Position numbers and translations under genes: made by a program. Below the pieces are notes generated by a model. The model saw nothing but the letters and a program-made list of their open reading frames with translations, was not told the origin of the DNA and did not search any database. From contig CAKUIA010000004.1 in assembly GCA_934660865.1 (NCBI GenBank), positions 30,001 to 62,000 on the forward strand: a stretch of DNA of 32,000 nt, read 5' to 3'. This document shows positions 7,758 to 17,595 of the stretch, one piece after another. Position 1 is the first letter of the stretch; every line of letters begins with the position of its first letter. The DNA is from an uncultured Opitutales bacterium (lineage in GTDB: Bacteria; Verrucomicrobiota; Verrucomicrobiia; Opitutales; Intestinicryptomonadaceae).

Positions 7758-7773
7758 GCATAAAAATTAAAAG

Positions 7774-7846
<73 letters not shown>

Positions 7847-7881
7847 GTTTAATAAAGTTAGCAATAATTGCGGTTAAAAAA

Positions 7882-9084
7882 TCAAATTGCAAGCTTTTTT
7901 TCGCGCAAATTTTGCGACAGGCGCATTGCCTGAGTCCAACAGGCCATAAGGTTGTAGCCGCCCGTAATGGCGTCTATGTTCAGGCACTCGCCTATAAAGT
8001 ATAAATTTTCGATATCCTTGCACTGCATAGACGAAAAATCAACCTGCGAAACGTCTACGCCGCCTGCCGTTACAAATTCGCTTTTGTGTTCGCCCCTTTT
8101 GCAGACGCTTAAAGGACACTGGCACACTTGGTCGCGCAAAAGCCTTTCGCCGTCTTTTGTCAGTCTGGCATAGGGCGTATTTTGGGCAATGTTTGCCCTG
8201 TTTAGCAAAACGCACCAAAGCCTGTGGCCTATTTTTTCGGGCGAAAGGTTTTTTATTTCCCTCGAGCCGAAATTGCAGCGCGCAGTTTGCAAAAACGCCG
8301 AAAATTCTTCGGGGCTTAAAAACTGGCAGTTTACGCAAAATTTATAGTTTAGCTCCGCAAAATCGAACGCGCCCAGCGACGACATTTTAAGAACCGCCGG
8401 CCCGCTTATGCCACCGCGGGTAAAAAGAATGTCGCCTGCGCTTTCGAGTTTTTTGTAGAACAGTTTTACGTTTTTAACCGAAAGCCCCGACAATTCCGAA
8501 AAGTCGTTGCCGTCCAAATCGAACGCGAAAAGCGACGGCACCGTTTTTACGAATTTTACGCCGAGCATTTCCAGCGAATTTTTAAGGCTGCAGGCCATAT
8601 TGCCGCCCGTTGCAACCGCCAGTTTTTCGCATTCAAAAACTTCGCCGTTTTCGGATTTAACCGTAAAAAGGCCGTTTGTTTTCGCCACGCTTTGCGCGGC
8701 AAAATTGCGCCTTATCAATGTGCCGTTTTTAAGCGCGCAATCCTCAAGCAATGCGCACACGCTTTCGGCGCTTTCGCATTCGGGGAACATTCTAAATTCC
8801 GACTCGGTTTTCAGCGGCATACCCCTTTTTGCAAACCACTCGGCAATTTCGTTTGCGCCGAAGGCCGCAAACAGCTTGCGCAACCTGCCGCCGTTGCGCG
8901 GGTAGGCCTGCAGCAGTTTTTTTATGTCGGGCTGCGCGTTGCAAATATTGCAGCGGCCGCCGCCAGTAAGGGCAAGCTTGCGCAGGATTTTTGAAGAGGC
9001 TTCGAGCACGGCGGCGTTCTTTATGTTTGCCGCCAAAAACATACCCGCAGCCCCGGCTCCGATAATGGCAACCGAAGTTTTCAT
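7882..9084 (-). CDS. HI0933/YhiN-family FAD-dependent flavoprotein
   Basis: The N-terminus is VAIIGAGAAGMFLAANI, with LTGGGRCNICN and a C-terminal ITGGYNL. These are typical of the HI0933-like family. Confidence 0.8.
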   Translation of the reverse strand: MKTSVAIIGAGAAGMFLAANIKNAAVLEASSKILRKLALTGGGRCNICNAQPDIKKLLQAYPRNGGRLRKLFAAFGANEIAEWFAKRGMPLKTESEFRMFPECESAESVCALLEDCALKNGTLIRRNFAAQSVAKTNGLFTVKSENGEVFECEKLAVATGGNMACSLKNSLEMLGVKFVKTVPSLFAFDLDGNDFSELSGLSVKNVKLFYKKLESAGDILFTRGGISGPAVLKMSSLGAFDFAELNYKFCVNCQFLSPEEFSAFLQTARCNFGSREIKNLSPEKIGHRLWCVLLNRANIAQNTPYARLTKDGERLLRDQVCQCPLSVCKRGEHKSEFVTAGGVDVSQVDFSSMQCKDIENLYFIGECLNIDAITGGYNLMACWTQAMRLSQNLREKKLAI

Positions 9085-11324
9085 TACAGCGCAAAATCTA
9101 TCTGGCGCTTAAAGCGGTCTATGGCCTCTACCTTAACCGACACTTTAGCGCCAAGCTTATACTGCTTTCTGGTACGCCTGCCCACAAGGGCGGTCGCGTT
9201 CGAATTTAGGCGGTAAATATCGTCGTTAAGCGAATGCGAGTGCACAAAGCCGTACGCCATTGAATCGCACAGCTCAACAAAGAACCCGTGCGAGACAAGC
9301 TGGGTTATAACGCCCTCGAAACGCGTTTCTTTGCCGACCTGCCTTTCGAAAAATTCCAGCAGCTTTATCTTTACCGAATCCCTTTCGGCCTCGGCACTGT
9401 TGCGCTCGGTGCGGGAAATATGCTCGGCAATGTTTTCCAGACTGCGGCGGTCTGAATAGGTTTTTGCGCTTTTAAGCGAAGTGGGCATATTGTTTATCTT
9501 CATATAATAATCCAATATGCGGTGGATAACAAGGTCTGCATAGCGGCGTATGGGCGAGGTAAAATGCGCGTAGTAGTCTTTAAACAAACCGAAGTGCCCG
9601 TCGCACGAAGCCCTGTATACGGCGCGCTTTAGGCTGCGCAAAAACATCGTCTTTAAAAGCGGGCTTTGCGGGTGCTTGTTTATTGTGTCGAGCAGCGCAA
9701 TTATGTTGGCGCGCTTGCCAAGGTCGCCGCAGTCTATGTTAAAAGTTTCAAGCTCGGCGGCCAATTCGTCGAGTTTTTCCTCGTCGGGGCTGTCGTGCAC
9801 GCGCGAAATGAACGGTATTTTCGCCTTAAACAAGGCCTTTGCAACCGCCTCGTTTGCGGCAAGCATAAATTCCTCGACAAGCTGGTGGCTTTCGTCGTTT
9901 ACCTTTTTTTCTATCGACTCGGCATAGCCTTGCGCGTCGCAGTGTATTTTTATTTCGGGCATATCCAAATCAAGGCTGCCCTTTTTCATTCTGCGCTTTC
10001 TAAGCTGCGAGGCAATGCCCCACATGTGGCGAACCGCCAGGCGCAAAACCTGAATTTCCCTGTCGGACATATCGTTTAGCGACTTGCCCGCATACGGGCT
10101 TTCGTAGCGCTTTACGTCGCCTACGCCGCGTATTTTCGACAGGTCGTCTTCCTTAAGCAATGCGTAGGCCTGCTCGTAGCTTAGGCGTTTTTTGCTCCGT
10201 ATAACCGAGTTTGCAAAGTCTACCCGCTTGCAGTCGCCCTTGTTGTCGAAAGTTAAAAACACGCTTTTAACAAGCCTGTCTTTGCCCTCTACAAGACTGC
10301 AAATGCCGTTCGAAAGCTCGAAAGGAAGCATGGGTATTACCGTGCCTACAAGGTATGTCGAATTTCCCCTTTGTATGGCCTCCTTGTCGATTGCGCTGTC
10401 GGGCTTTACATAGTGCGAAACGTCGGCTATGTGCACCCCTATTTTTATAGTGTTGTTTTCGCCTTTTGCAATCGAAAGGGCGTCGTCGAAATCCTTTGCG
10501 TCGGAAGGGTCTATTGTAATCACAAACTCGTCGCGCAAATCCAAGCGCCCCTTCGCCTCTTTTGCCGAAACTTCGGCGGGTATGTTCTGCAGTTCCTCCA
10601 ACACCTTTGGCGGGAAGGTTTCGGACAGATTGTATTTGCAGATTATGCCCTTATATTCCGCAATGGGAGTGTGGCTTGGGCCGAAATTTTCGAGAATTTT
10701 GGCCGTGGGGTTAAGGTGCTTTTGAGTCCATTCGTTAAGCTCTACTAAAAGCTTGTCGCCGTCTTCGGGGGCGGGAACAATCTCGCCCTTTTCGGGAATC
10801 TGCAAAATCACGTCGTAGTAAAATTTCGGGTCGTCGGGCACAAGGTGCCAATACGAGCTTGTGCGCTTTAGCGTGCCCGTAATCCTCTTTGTGTTGCGCT
10901 CTAAAATGCGTATTACCTTTGCCGAAAGGTGCGGCTGCCAATCAAAACCCTTGTCCCTGCGCTTGTAGGGTCTTTCGGGGGTTATAACGCGGGCTAAAAC
11001 TTTGTCTTTGTGGAATGCCGTTGCGGTATTTTCGCGGTTTACGGTGTATATTTTAGAGTTGTGCTCTATGCACGCCGAACCGTTTTGCCTGAATTCTATC
11101 ACGCCCGAAATAAGCCCTATGTCCGAGCTTAGGGCGAACCTGTCGCCCTTAACGCGGGCAATGGAACCGCTGTCGAGCAGCATCATAAGCGCCTTTTTTA
11201 CCTTGGGCAAGTCGCGCCTTTGCGCGCCTATTGCCAGGGCAATTTCGGGGAGCTTTAGGGGCGCGTAGTTTTTGCGCCCGAACACCTTTAATATCTTCTC
11301 GTTTAGTTCGTCGTAGTAGTTCAT
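9084..11324 (-). CDS. rnr: Ribonuclease R (RNase II/VacB family 3'-5' exoribonuclease)
   Basis: 746 aa. RNB-domain blocks include ITIDPSDAKDFDDALS and HFGL...YAHFTSPIRRYADLVIHR. A C-terminal S1 domain is present (GVITQLVSHGFFVEL). Confidence 0.93.
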   Translation of the reverse strand: MNYYDELNEKILKVFGRKNYAPLKLPEIALAIGAQRRDLPKVKKALMMLLDSGSIARVKGDRFALSSDIGLISGVIEFRQNGSACIEHNSKIYTVNRENTATAFHKDKVLARVITPERPYKRRDKGFDWQPHLSAKVIRILERNTKRITGTLKRTSSYWHLVPDDPKFYYDVILQIPEKGEIVPAPEDGDKLLVELNEWTQKHLNPTAKILENFGPSHTPIAEYKGIICKYNLSETFPPKVLEELQNIPAEVSAKEAKGRLDLRDEFVITIDPSDAKDFDDALSIAKGENNTIKIGVHIADVSHYVKPDSAIDKEAIQRGNSTYLVGTVIPMLPFELSNGICSLVEGKDRLVKSVFLTFDNKGDCKRVDFANSVIRSKKRLSYEQAYALLKEDDLSKIRGVGDVKRYESPYAGKSLNDMSDREIQVLRLAVRHMWGIASQLRKRRMKKGSLDLDMPEIKIHCDAQGYAESIEKKVNDESHQLVEEFMLAANEAVAKALFKAKIPFISRVHDSPDEEKLDELAAELETFNIDCGDLGKRANIIALLDTINKHPQSPLLKTMFLRSLKRAVYRASCDGHFGLFKDYYAHFTSPIRRYADLVIHRILDYYMKINNMPTSLKSAKTYSDRRSLENIAEHISRTERNSAEAERDSVKIKLLEFFERQVGKETRFEGVITQLVSHGFFVELCDSMAYGFVHSHSLNDDIYRLNSNATALVGRRTRKQYKLGAKVSVKVEAIDRFKRQIDFAL

Positions 11325-12124
11325 TTTATCAGGGTCCTATATTCAACCAAAAGCAAAAGAAGCATTGCCGACGCAAAAAGCGCAATGGCGCACCATGCCG
11401 ATTTCCTGCCCGACAGCGCGTTTCTTGCGCAATAAAAGGCAAACAAAAACTGCAGCACCAAAACGCAGCAGCCCGCAAACAATTTTAAAAACATCAACGC
11501 CGAAAAATCGGCGCACTTTGCAAAGGCCACAATGCCGAGCCCCAACGCCGAAAACATCGCAACAAACGCCGAATACGCGCAAAAACGCACAAGTTTTGCA
11601 AGCCTTTCCAGCGGCGACGTGGCCCGCGAAAAAGCGCCGCTAGACTTGTTTTGCAGCGAGCGCGCCTGCAGCAAAAGCATAAGGCCGCATATTGCCCCGC
11701 ACGCCGTAAACGCATACGACACCGCGGCCGCAATGCCGTGCAAAGCCAAGACAATTCCCGAATGTTGCGAAATTTTAAAGCTGCCCGCCCCGCAAAGCGC
11801 GGGAACAAAAATAAACGCCGCGCAAACCGCCGACGACACAAAAAGCTGCGCCGGGTTTTTCGACAAAAGCGACATTAGCAGGCTGATAGACGCCAACAGC
11901 CACGAAACAAAAATGGTCAGCCCCGAAAATTGCGAAAGGCAAACCTGCCCGCCCGAAAACCCGAAAAGCATAACCGCCGACTGAAGCGCCAATGCCGCCG
12001 CATACATTCCGTAAAAACCCGGCAATTCCAACGCGCCCCTTTTTAGCGCGCAAAAAAGCGCATAGCAAAACGATGCGGCATAAAGCGTGCCGCAAAGAAG
12101 CGTTGCTATGAAAATAAGCGTCAT
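11321..12124 (-). CDS. Cytochrome c assembly family (HemX/YpjD-like) integral membrane protein
   Basis: About 8 TM helices. The pattern LALHGIAAAVSYAFTACGAICGLMLLLQARSLQNK...SPLERLAKL matches the YpjD/HemX-like branch as I remember it. No WGxxWxWD heme-handling motif is present. Confidence 0.55.
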   Translation of the reverse strand: MTLIFIATLLCGTLYAASFCYALFCALKRGALELPGFYGMYAAALALQSAVMLFGFSGGQVCLSQFSGLTIFVSWLLASISLLMSLLSKNPAQLFVSSAVCAAFIFVPALCGAGSFKISQHSGIVLALHGIAAAVSYAFTACGAICGLMLLLQARSLQNKSSGAFSRATSPLERLAKLVRFCAYSAFVAMFSALGLGIVAFAKCADFSALMFLKLFAGCCVLVLQFLFAFYCARNALSGRKSAWCAIALFASAMLLLLLVEYRTLIK

Positions 12125-13044
12125 TCGTACTTACAGAATATGGCCTCTACCACGTCGGATTGCAAGTCGGAATCGTTCAAACACGGCACATATTCGAAAC
12201 GCCCGCCGCCGTGTTCGGCAAAAATCCTTTTTAAATCGCGTTTAACGTCAAGCAAAGTTTCGGTGCAATCCATCGCAAAACCCGGGCATATTACGGCCAG
12301 GCTCTTTTTGCCGCTTTTTGCGCAGTCTACAACCGCCTGCCCGCCCGAAGGCGAAAGCCAGTTTTTGCCGCCGCGCGCCGAAATATAGGCGGTAAGCACC
12401 CTGCAGCCCAGCCTTTTAGACATCAAATCCGACGTTTTTTCGCAGTCGCAAACATATCTATTTACTTCGGGGAAGTCTTTGGGCACGCTGTGGTACAAGG
12501 CCAAAAGCGTTTTGCAGTTTTTAACCGCCTTTTCGGCCGACTTGCAAAGCGCTTCTATGTAAAAATCTTCGCGGCAATATGGGTCGGTTATGCACCACTG
12601 CCTTTTGTATTTGGCCATAACGGCCTCTATTTTTGCGCGCACAGCCTGCGTTGTAGCCCAGCAATATTGGGGGAAAAGCGGCAAAAACATAAACTCGGTT
12701 GCGCCCTTTTTTCGGGCATATTGCACCGCCGAATCTATGCCGGGACCCGTATATAAATATGCCGAAAGCACCTGCATTGAAAGCCTGTCGGAAATTTTAG
12801 ACCTAAACGACGTTGTGTAGTGCCTTAGCGCAGACCTTGAACCTACCGCGCACTCGGCAAGCCTTTTTGCGAAATTGCCCGCCCCGAAATTGGCGGCGAA
12901 AAAGGCGGCAAATTTCCTTGCAATATAGGGCTTGTTTACAATGTGCCTGTCGGAAACCATATTGCCTATAAACGCCTTTGCCCCGCTTCTTTCGAAGGAA
13001 TCGGGGCTGCCGATGTTGACCAATATAAGCGCAAGCTTTGCCAT
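12121..13044 (-). CDS. hemH: Ferrochelatase
   Basis: Start MAKLALILVNIGSPDS at the ATG at 13044, one nt after the hemY stop. Motifs are LPLFPQY, YHSVP, NWLSPS and CPGFAMDCTETL. Confidence 0.85.
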   Translation of the reverse strand: MAKLALILVNIGSPDSFERSGAKAFIGNMVSDRHIVNKPYIARKFAAFFAANFGAGNFAKRLAECAVGSRSALRHYTTSFRSKISDRLSMQVLSAYLYTGPGIDSAVQYARKKGATEFMFLPLFPQYCWATTQAVRAKIEAVMAKYKRQWCITDPYCREDFYIEALCKSAEKAVKNCKTLLALYHSVPKDFPEVNRYVCDCEKTSDLMSKRLGCRVLTAYISARGGKNWLSPSGGQAVVDCAKSGKKSLAVICPGFAMDCTETLLDVKRDLKRIFAEHGGGRFEYVPCLNDSDLQSDVVEAIFCKYE

Positions 13045-13045
13045 A

Positions 13046-14398
13046 TTATTTTGAAACCGCGCGCAGTGCGTTTTCAACGCATTTGCCCACGCCTACGCCG
13101 CCTGCATACGAACCTACCAATTTTATGTTGGGATACTGGCTTTCGAATTCCTCTTTTGCCTCCATAAAGGCGCCGTAGCCTATGTTGTATTGGGCAATGC
13201 CCTTCTTCCAAACCGTAAGCTTTGCAAATTTCGGCGCGCCCTTTAACCCCATAAGTTTTTGCAGGTCTTTGCAGGCAAGCTCTACAAGCTCCTCCACGGG
13301 CTTTTCGACCATTTCGGGATTTCTAAGACCGCCGAAATAGTTTGTAAGCACGCAGCAGTTTTCGGGCGCCCTGTCGGGAAATATGCTGGACAAAAACAGG
13401 CTCCCCAAAATCGACATATTCTCCTTTTGGGGAACCAGCACGCCGAACCCCTGCGGTTTCTTTTTAAACTGTTTTAGGTCGAAACCCAAAGTAAGCGTCG
13501 CAATGGGGGCGTATTCTATCCCGCTTAAAGAATCCAGTGCAATCGACATATTGCCCGTTAGGGGAATGTTTTTGATTTTGTGGGCGGGAACGGCCAAAAC
13601 CATCTCGTCGTAGCTGTCGCCGCCGTCCTCGGTAAGAATGTCCCACTTGCCGTCGTTGTAGTCTATGCTAAGCACCTTGCAGTTAACCGACAAGTCGCTT
13701 CCCAAATATGCGGCCATTGCGTCTACAAAAGTCTGCATACCGCCCTTAAACGACGCCATTTTAGACTTAAAGCGCTTTGCCTTGTTTGCGCGCATTTCCC
13801 TTAGCATGCAAAACGCGCCCTTTATAAGCGAGCCGTATTTTTGCTCTATCTGCCAAACTTTGGGCATTGCGTATTTTACCGAAAGCCTGTCGGGGCTTGA
13901 AGCGTATATGCCGCCCATAAAGGGGTTTATTATGTAGTCGCAAAACTCGCGCCCGAACCTGTCCGACATAAATTGCGAAACGCTTATTTCGGGTTCGACA
14001 TCGTGCGGGGGTATGGAAACCTCCCTGAATATGCGCAATTTTGCGGCAAAGCTAAGCAGCCTTGTAAATACCATCGAAATTGGATTTGAGGGAACTGCAA
14101 GCATTTTGCCCGAGCGCACAAAATACCTTTTCTTTGCCGCCTTTGCCGAGAACTCGAGCTTGTCGGCCAAGCCCAGCTCGTATATGAAATCCAACAACTC
14201 GCGGCTTTGTATGAAAATTACGTTGGAACCGCTTTCGGCGTAAAAACCGTCTTCGCTAAAGGTCGAAATTACGCCGCCCGCCCTTTGGGCCTTGTCTACA
14301 ACCTTAACCGAAAAACCCTGCTTTTTTAATTGGCACGCCGCGGCCAAACCGCTTACGCCCGCGCCTATAACCATAACTTTTTTCGACTGGCAATCCAT
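13046..14398 (-). CDS. hemY: HemY-type protoporphyrinogen (or coproporphyrinogen) oxidase, FAD-dependent
   Basis: The N-terminal Rossmann fold reads KVMVIGAGVSGLAAACQLKKQGFSVKVVDKAQRAGGVI. It is 450 aa, with the C-terminus VGSYAGGVGVGKCV typical of the HemY/PPOX family. Confidence 0.85.
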   Translation of the reverse strand: MDCQSKKVMVIGAGVSGLAAACQLKKQGFSVKVVDKAQRAGGVISTFSEDGFYAESGSNVIFIQSRELLDFIYELGLADKLEFSAKAAKKRYFVRSGKMLAVPSNPISMVFTRLLSFAAKLRIFREVSIPPHDVEPEISVSQFMSDRFGREFCDYIINPFMGGIYASSPDRLSVKYAMPKVWQIEQKYGSLIKGAFCMLREMRANKAKRFKSKMASFKGGMQTFVDAMAAYLGSDLSVNCKVLSIDYNDGKWDILTEDGGDSYDEMVLAVPAHKIKNIPLTGNMSIALDSLSGIEYAPIATLTLGFDLKQFKKKPQGFGVLVPQKENMSILGSLFLSSIFPDRAPENCCVLTNYFGGLRNPEMVEKPVEELVELACKDLQKLMGLKGAPKFAKLTVWKKGIAQYNIGYGAFMEAKEEFESQYPNIKLVGSYAGGVGVGKCVENALRAVSK

Positions 14399-14400
14399 TG

Positions 14401-14898
14401 CTATTTCTCCGCGGGCTGTCCGCCGCTTTGCAAAAACCTTTGCAGCATATACAAGGCTTTTCTCGTGGCGTCGGCCCTTATTTCGTTTCTGGAACCGTTA
14501 AAATTAAATTTTTCGACAACCGCGTCTTTGGCGTTGGCAACGCACAAAAACACGTCTTTGCCCTCCTCGGCAAAACCCGTAGACGAAATCGCGTAGTCGG
14601 CGCCGTATTTTTCCAGCGCACCCCGCGCAAATTCGCGGGCGCAACGCTCGTTTACGCTTTTGTTTTCAAACGCCGCCTCGCGCGAAACACCCGCCAAATT
14701 TACCTTTGCATTCGCGCAATAGCAAACAAGCGAGCCCAAAAAAACGTCGGAAGCCGAGTTTATCGAAACAAACGCGTTTGCGACAAGCCCGCCCGTGCAC
14801 GACTCGCCCGCACACAGTTTAAGCCCGCGGCGGCGCATTTCGTCTAAAATGCCCCTTGCCAACGTGTTTAGCGAATAGTCTACCCGAAGCTTTTCCAC
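14401..14898 (-). CDS. pncC: CinA C-terminal domain protein (PncC-type nicotinamide-nucleotide amidase)
   Basis: The motif CAGESCTGGLVANAFVSINSASDVFLGSLVCY is present. The start is a GTG located 3 nt after the upstream stop. Confidence 0.8.
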   Translation of the reverse strand: MEKLRVDYSLNTLARGILDEMRRRGLKLCAGESCTGGLVANAFVSINSASDVFLGSLVCYCANAKVNLAGVSREAAFENKSVNERCAREFARGALEKYGADYAISSTGFAEEGKDVFLCVANAKDAVVEKFNFNGSRNEIRADATRKALYMLQRFLQSGGQPAEK

Positions 14899-14901
14899 TT
14901 T

Positions 14902-16608
14902 TTAGTTTGCAATAATCCTGTCTTCTTCGCTATCGGACAAATCCGAGAATATTTTTGCGTCGGAATCGTTTTCCCTCTTAAGCAGCATGTCTATTTCGTT
15001 CATAACCTTTTCCCTGTCGGTTGTGAATATGAACAGGTCGCTTTCAAGGCTGCGCTTTGCCTCCATTATAAGGCGACGCGGAGGCCTGCGCATTTGAATT
15101 AGCTTGAAGATGTGCTTGTCGAGGTTTGTGGAGTTGCCCATTGCAATTTCCATCTGCACAAGCCTTGTCAGGGCCAGCTGGTGCCTCGGGTTTCGCTCTA
15201 CGGCGTCGACCAAAATTTTGTGCGCCAAAACCTTGCTGCCCATTTTGTCGAACCTGCGCGCCGTTGCAATTAAAGTGCGCGGCGGAATATTGCCGTTTTT
15301 AAGGAGTTCGTCCACCAAAATCGTAGCCATTTCGGTATTGCCTACGCCGTAGTAGGCGGCGGCTCTCAGGCAGCCGAAAACCCCGCCGTACCTTCTCAGC
15401 CACGACGGCTTTTTCTTCATAATTTCGTCGAAAATAACAATGGCTTCGTTGGCCTTGCCGCGCATAAGCAAAGTTTCTATCATAAGCATTGTAAAGGGAG
15501 CCTGCGCGTAGTTGTTTTCTATGGAAGTGTTGTAGATTTTGTTCATCAGGTCCATATCGCCGTTGTCGGCGGCGTAGTTTGCCAGATAAAGCAGGGCGTT
15601 TTCGTTGCTTTTGTTTTGCTCGTACAACTCGCGCAACTCCCTGTTTACGCGCTCGCCCTCGCCCGTTTTTTTAAGAAGCTTAAGGTAGTCTATGCGCTGC
15701 GAAACCGAAAAGGGCTTTTCAACCGAGCGCATTACCGCGTATTGGCGGGCGGTGTCGTATTGCCCCATGTCGGAGTAATAACTCATAAGCATTGCGTACA
15801 AAGGCTCTACATCGTTTACCTTGCCTATGGCGGCTTTTAAAATCGCAATGGCCTCGTCTCTTCGCCCCTGCTCCCACTTGTTTTTTGAAAGGCGCATTAT
15901 GCCCGGCAGCGAATATTGCAGGCCGTTTTTTGTAAGGTACTCGTCGGACTTTTGGTAGTCGCCGTGCAGCGCGTAGATAGTACCCAGCGACATTGCAACA
16001 TAAAGCTTTACCTCGTCGGACGCCTCGGGCGAAGACAGTATTTTTTTGCCTACGGCCGCCAGTTTTACGTCTTCGGACTCCTCCATTAAAATCGAAAAAT
16101 AAAACCTTACATACTGCAAATCCTTAAGCGCATACGGAATGCCTATCTCCAAAGTTTGCAGCGCAAAGTCGGCGCGCCCCATAAGCCTAAGGTAAAATTC
16201 GGCAAGCATTTTGCGCCCCTTAAGATTTTTTGTAGAACGCCCAGTGCCCGAAATCAGGCAGATTCTCGCGCCGGTATAGTCGCCCTCCTTTAGCAGGGCT
16301 TCGGCCTTTTCTATGTCGAAATCGCCCTGTTTTTCGGAAAGCCCCTTTCTGTTGAAAGGCATTACAACGGCGTCGAAGAACGACATATTCGTGTACTTTT
16401 TGTAGTACTTCATAAACGAATACAGGAAAATGGAAATCGTGCCCCAGGTAACGACAAGCAACAGCAGCATTACGACCAAAAGCCTTACATAGTTAATACC
16501 GAACGCCCACGCTCCGTTGCTCTTCTTGTAGCGGTACGCCATGCCCAGCAAAGTCGGGTATTTTATAACCGCCGCATTTTTTTTGTTTTCGTTATTTTCA
16601 GCGCTCAT
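14902..16608 (-). CDS. Membrane-anchored TPR-repeat protein of unknown function
   Basis: N-terminal TM LLVVMLLLLVVTWGTISIFLY, followed by repeated helical A/Y/L-rich 34-residue-like units, for example GDYTGARICL, GDYQKSDEYL and GQYDTARQYA. Confidence 0.65.
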   Translation of the reverse strand: MSAENNENKKNAAVIKYPTLLGMAYRYKKSNGAWAFGINYVRLLVVMLLLLVVTWGTISIFLYSFMKYYKKYTNMSFFDAVVMPFNRKGLSEKQGDFDIEKAEALLKEGDYTGARICLISGTGRSTKNLKGRKMLAEFYLRLMGRADFALQTLEIGIPYALKDLQYVRFYFSILMEESEDVKLAAVGKKILSSPEASDEVKLYVAMSLGTIYALHGDYQKSDEYLTKNGLQYSLPGIMRLSKNKWEQGRRDEAIAILKAAIGKVNDVEPLYAMLMSYYSDMGQYDTARQYAVMRSVEKPFSVSQRIDYLKLLKKTGEGERVNRELRELYEQNKSNENALLYLANYAADNGDMDLMNKIYNTSIENNYAQAPFTMLMIETLLMRGKANEAIVIFDEIMKKKPSWLRRYGGVFGCLRAAAYYGVGNTEMATILVDELLKNGNIPPRTLIATARRFDKMGSKVLAHKILVDAVERNPRHQLALTRLVQMEIAMGNSTNLDKHIFKLIQMRRPPRRLIMEAKRSLESDLFIFTTDREKVMNEIDMLLKRENDSDAKIFSDLSDSEEDRIIAN

Positions 16609-16639
16609 ATTCTGCCTGTAAAAAATGATAATATATTCC

Positions 16640-16665
16640 AGCTATCTTGCCTAGAAAAGATAGCT
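16640..16665. other. Perfect 9 bp stem-loop in the prmA / TPR-gene spacer
   Basis: agctatctt (16640-16648) pairs with aagatagct (16657-16665) around an 8 nt loop. No adjacent T-run is present. Confidence 0.3.
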
Positions 16666-16707
16666 TTAAGGCGGGTTTATGCAAGCCTTTTGTTGGCGCA
16701 AAAGCCC

Positions 16708-17595
16708 TTAAAATTGCAACAAAACGTCGCTCCAGTCGCCCATCTGGCGGAAATCGGTTTTCTTTACGCGGCCGCGGGCTGCGTCTGCAAAAACACTGCG
16801 CACATGCTCGTTTTCGTCCGCCAAAATTCCGCTTAAAATAAGCGAGCCGCCGTCTTTTACTGCGTCCACTAAATACTGCGCGTTCATTTCCAGTATATTC
16901 GCCAAAATGTTTGCCACAACAATATCGAATTTGCGCGAGTTTATGCCATCTTTTATGCCGCAAACGGCAAACATATTTTTGCAATCTATGCCGTTGCGCG
17001 CGGCGTTTTCGGCGGCGACTTGCACGGCCGAGCTTTCTATGTCGAAGCCCTCGGCGTTGTCGCAGCCGTAAAGCTTGCTGCTAAGCGCCAAAATGCCCGA
17101 GCCGCAGCCTGCGTCCATAAGGCTTTTGCCCTTAAGAGTGCCGCCGTTTGCCTCGCAGATATCCAAAATTCTGGCCATGCACAATCTGGTGGTTGCGTGG
17201 TCTCCCGTGCCGAAAGCGCCCTCGGCGTCGAAATAGAACACCTTGTCGCCCTCTTTTACTTCGTTATAGCTGTCTTTAAGCCAAATGGGCACCCAGTGCA
17301 AATTTTTGCACTTATAAGGCGAAAGATATTTTTTGTATTCGTTTTGAAAGTCTTTTTTAAAGATTTCGGTGCGGGTAAAATCGCCCTCCTTTAGCTCGGG
17401 AAAAGCCGCGCACAATTCGCGCAAAGACGAATCGGCTTGGGCTTTGTCGTCGAAATAGCCGCACAGCAGCATATCGTCGGGGAAATCTACAAGCTGCTCT
17501 ATGCTCCAGTTTTGCGAACCTGTTTCGTAAAAATAGTCTTCGTAAATTTGCGAAAGGTTCGGGTCTATCTGCGTCGAAAGCCTAAGCATTTTCAA
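16708..17595 (-). CDS. prmA: Ribosomal protein L11 methyltransferase
   Basis: FGTGDHATTRLC, the SAM motif DAGCGSGILAL and VVANILANIL are present. It overlaps the glk stop by 14 nt. Confidence 0.88.
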   Translation of the reverse strand: MKMLRLSTQIDPNLSQIYEDYFYETGSQNWSIEQLVDFPDDMLLCGYFDDKAQADSSLRELCAAFPELKEGDFTRTEIFKKDFQNEYKKYLSPYKCKNLHWVPIWLKDSYNEVKEGDKVFYFDAEGAFGTGDHATTRLCMARILDICEANGGTLKGKSLMDAGCGSGILALSSKLYGCDNAEGFDIESSAVQVAAENAARNGIDCKNMFAVCGIKDGINSRKFDIVVANILANILEMNAQYLVDAVKDGGSLILSGILADENEHVRSVFADAARGRVKKTDFRQMGDWSDVLLQF

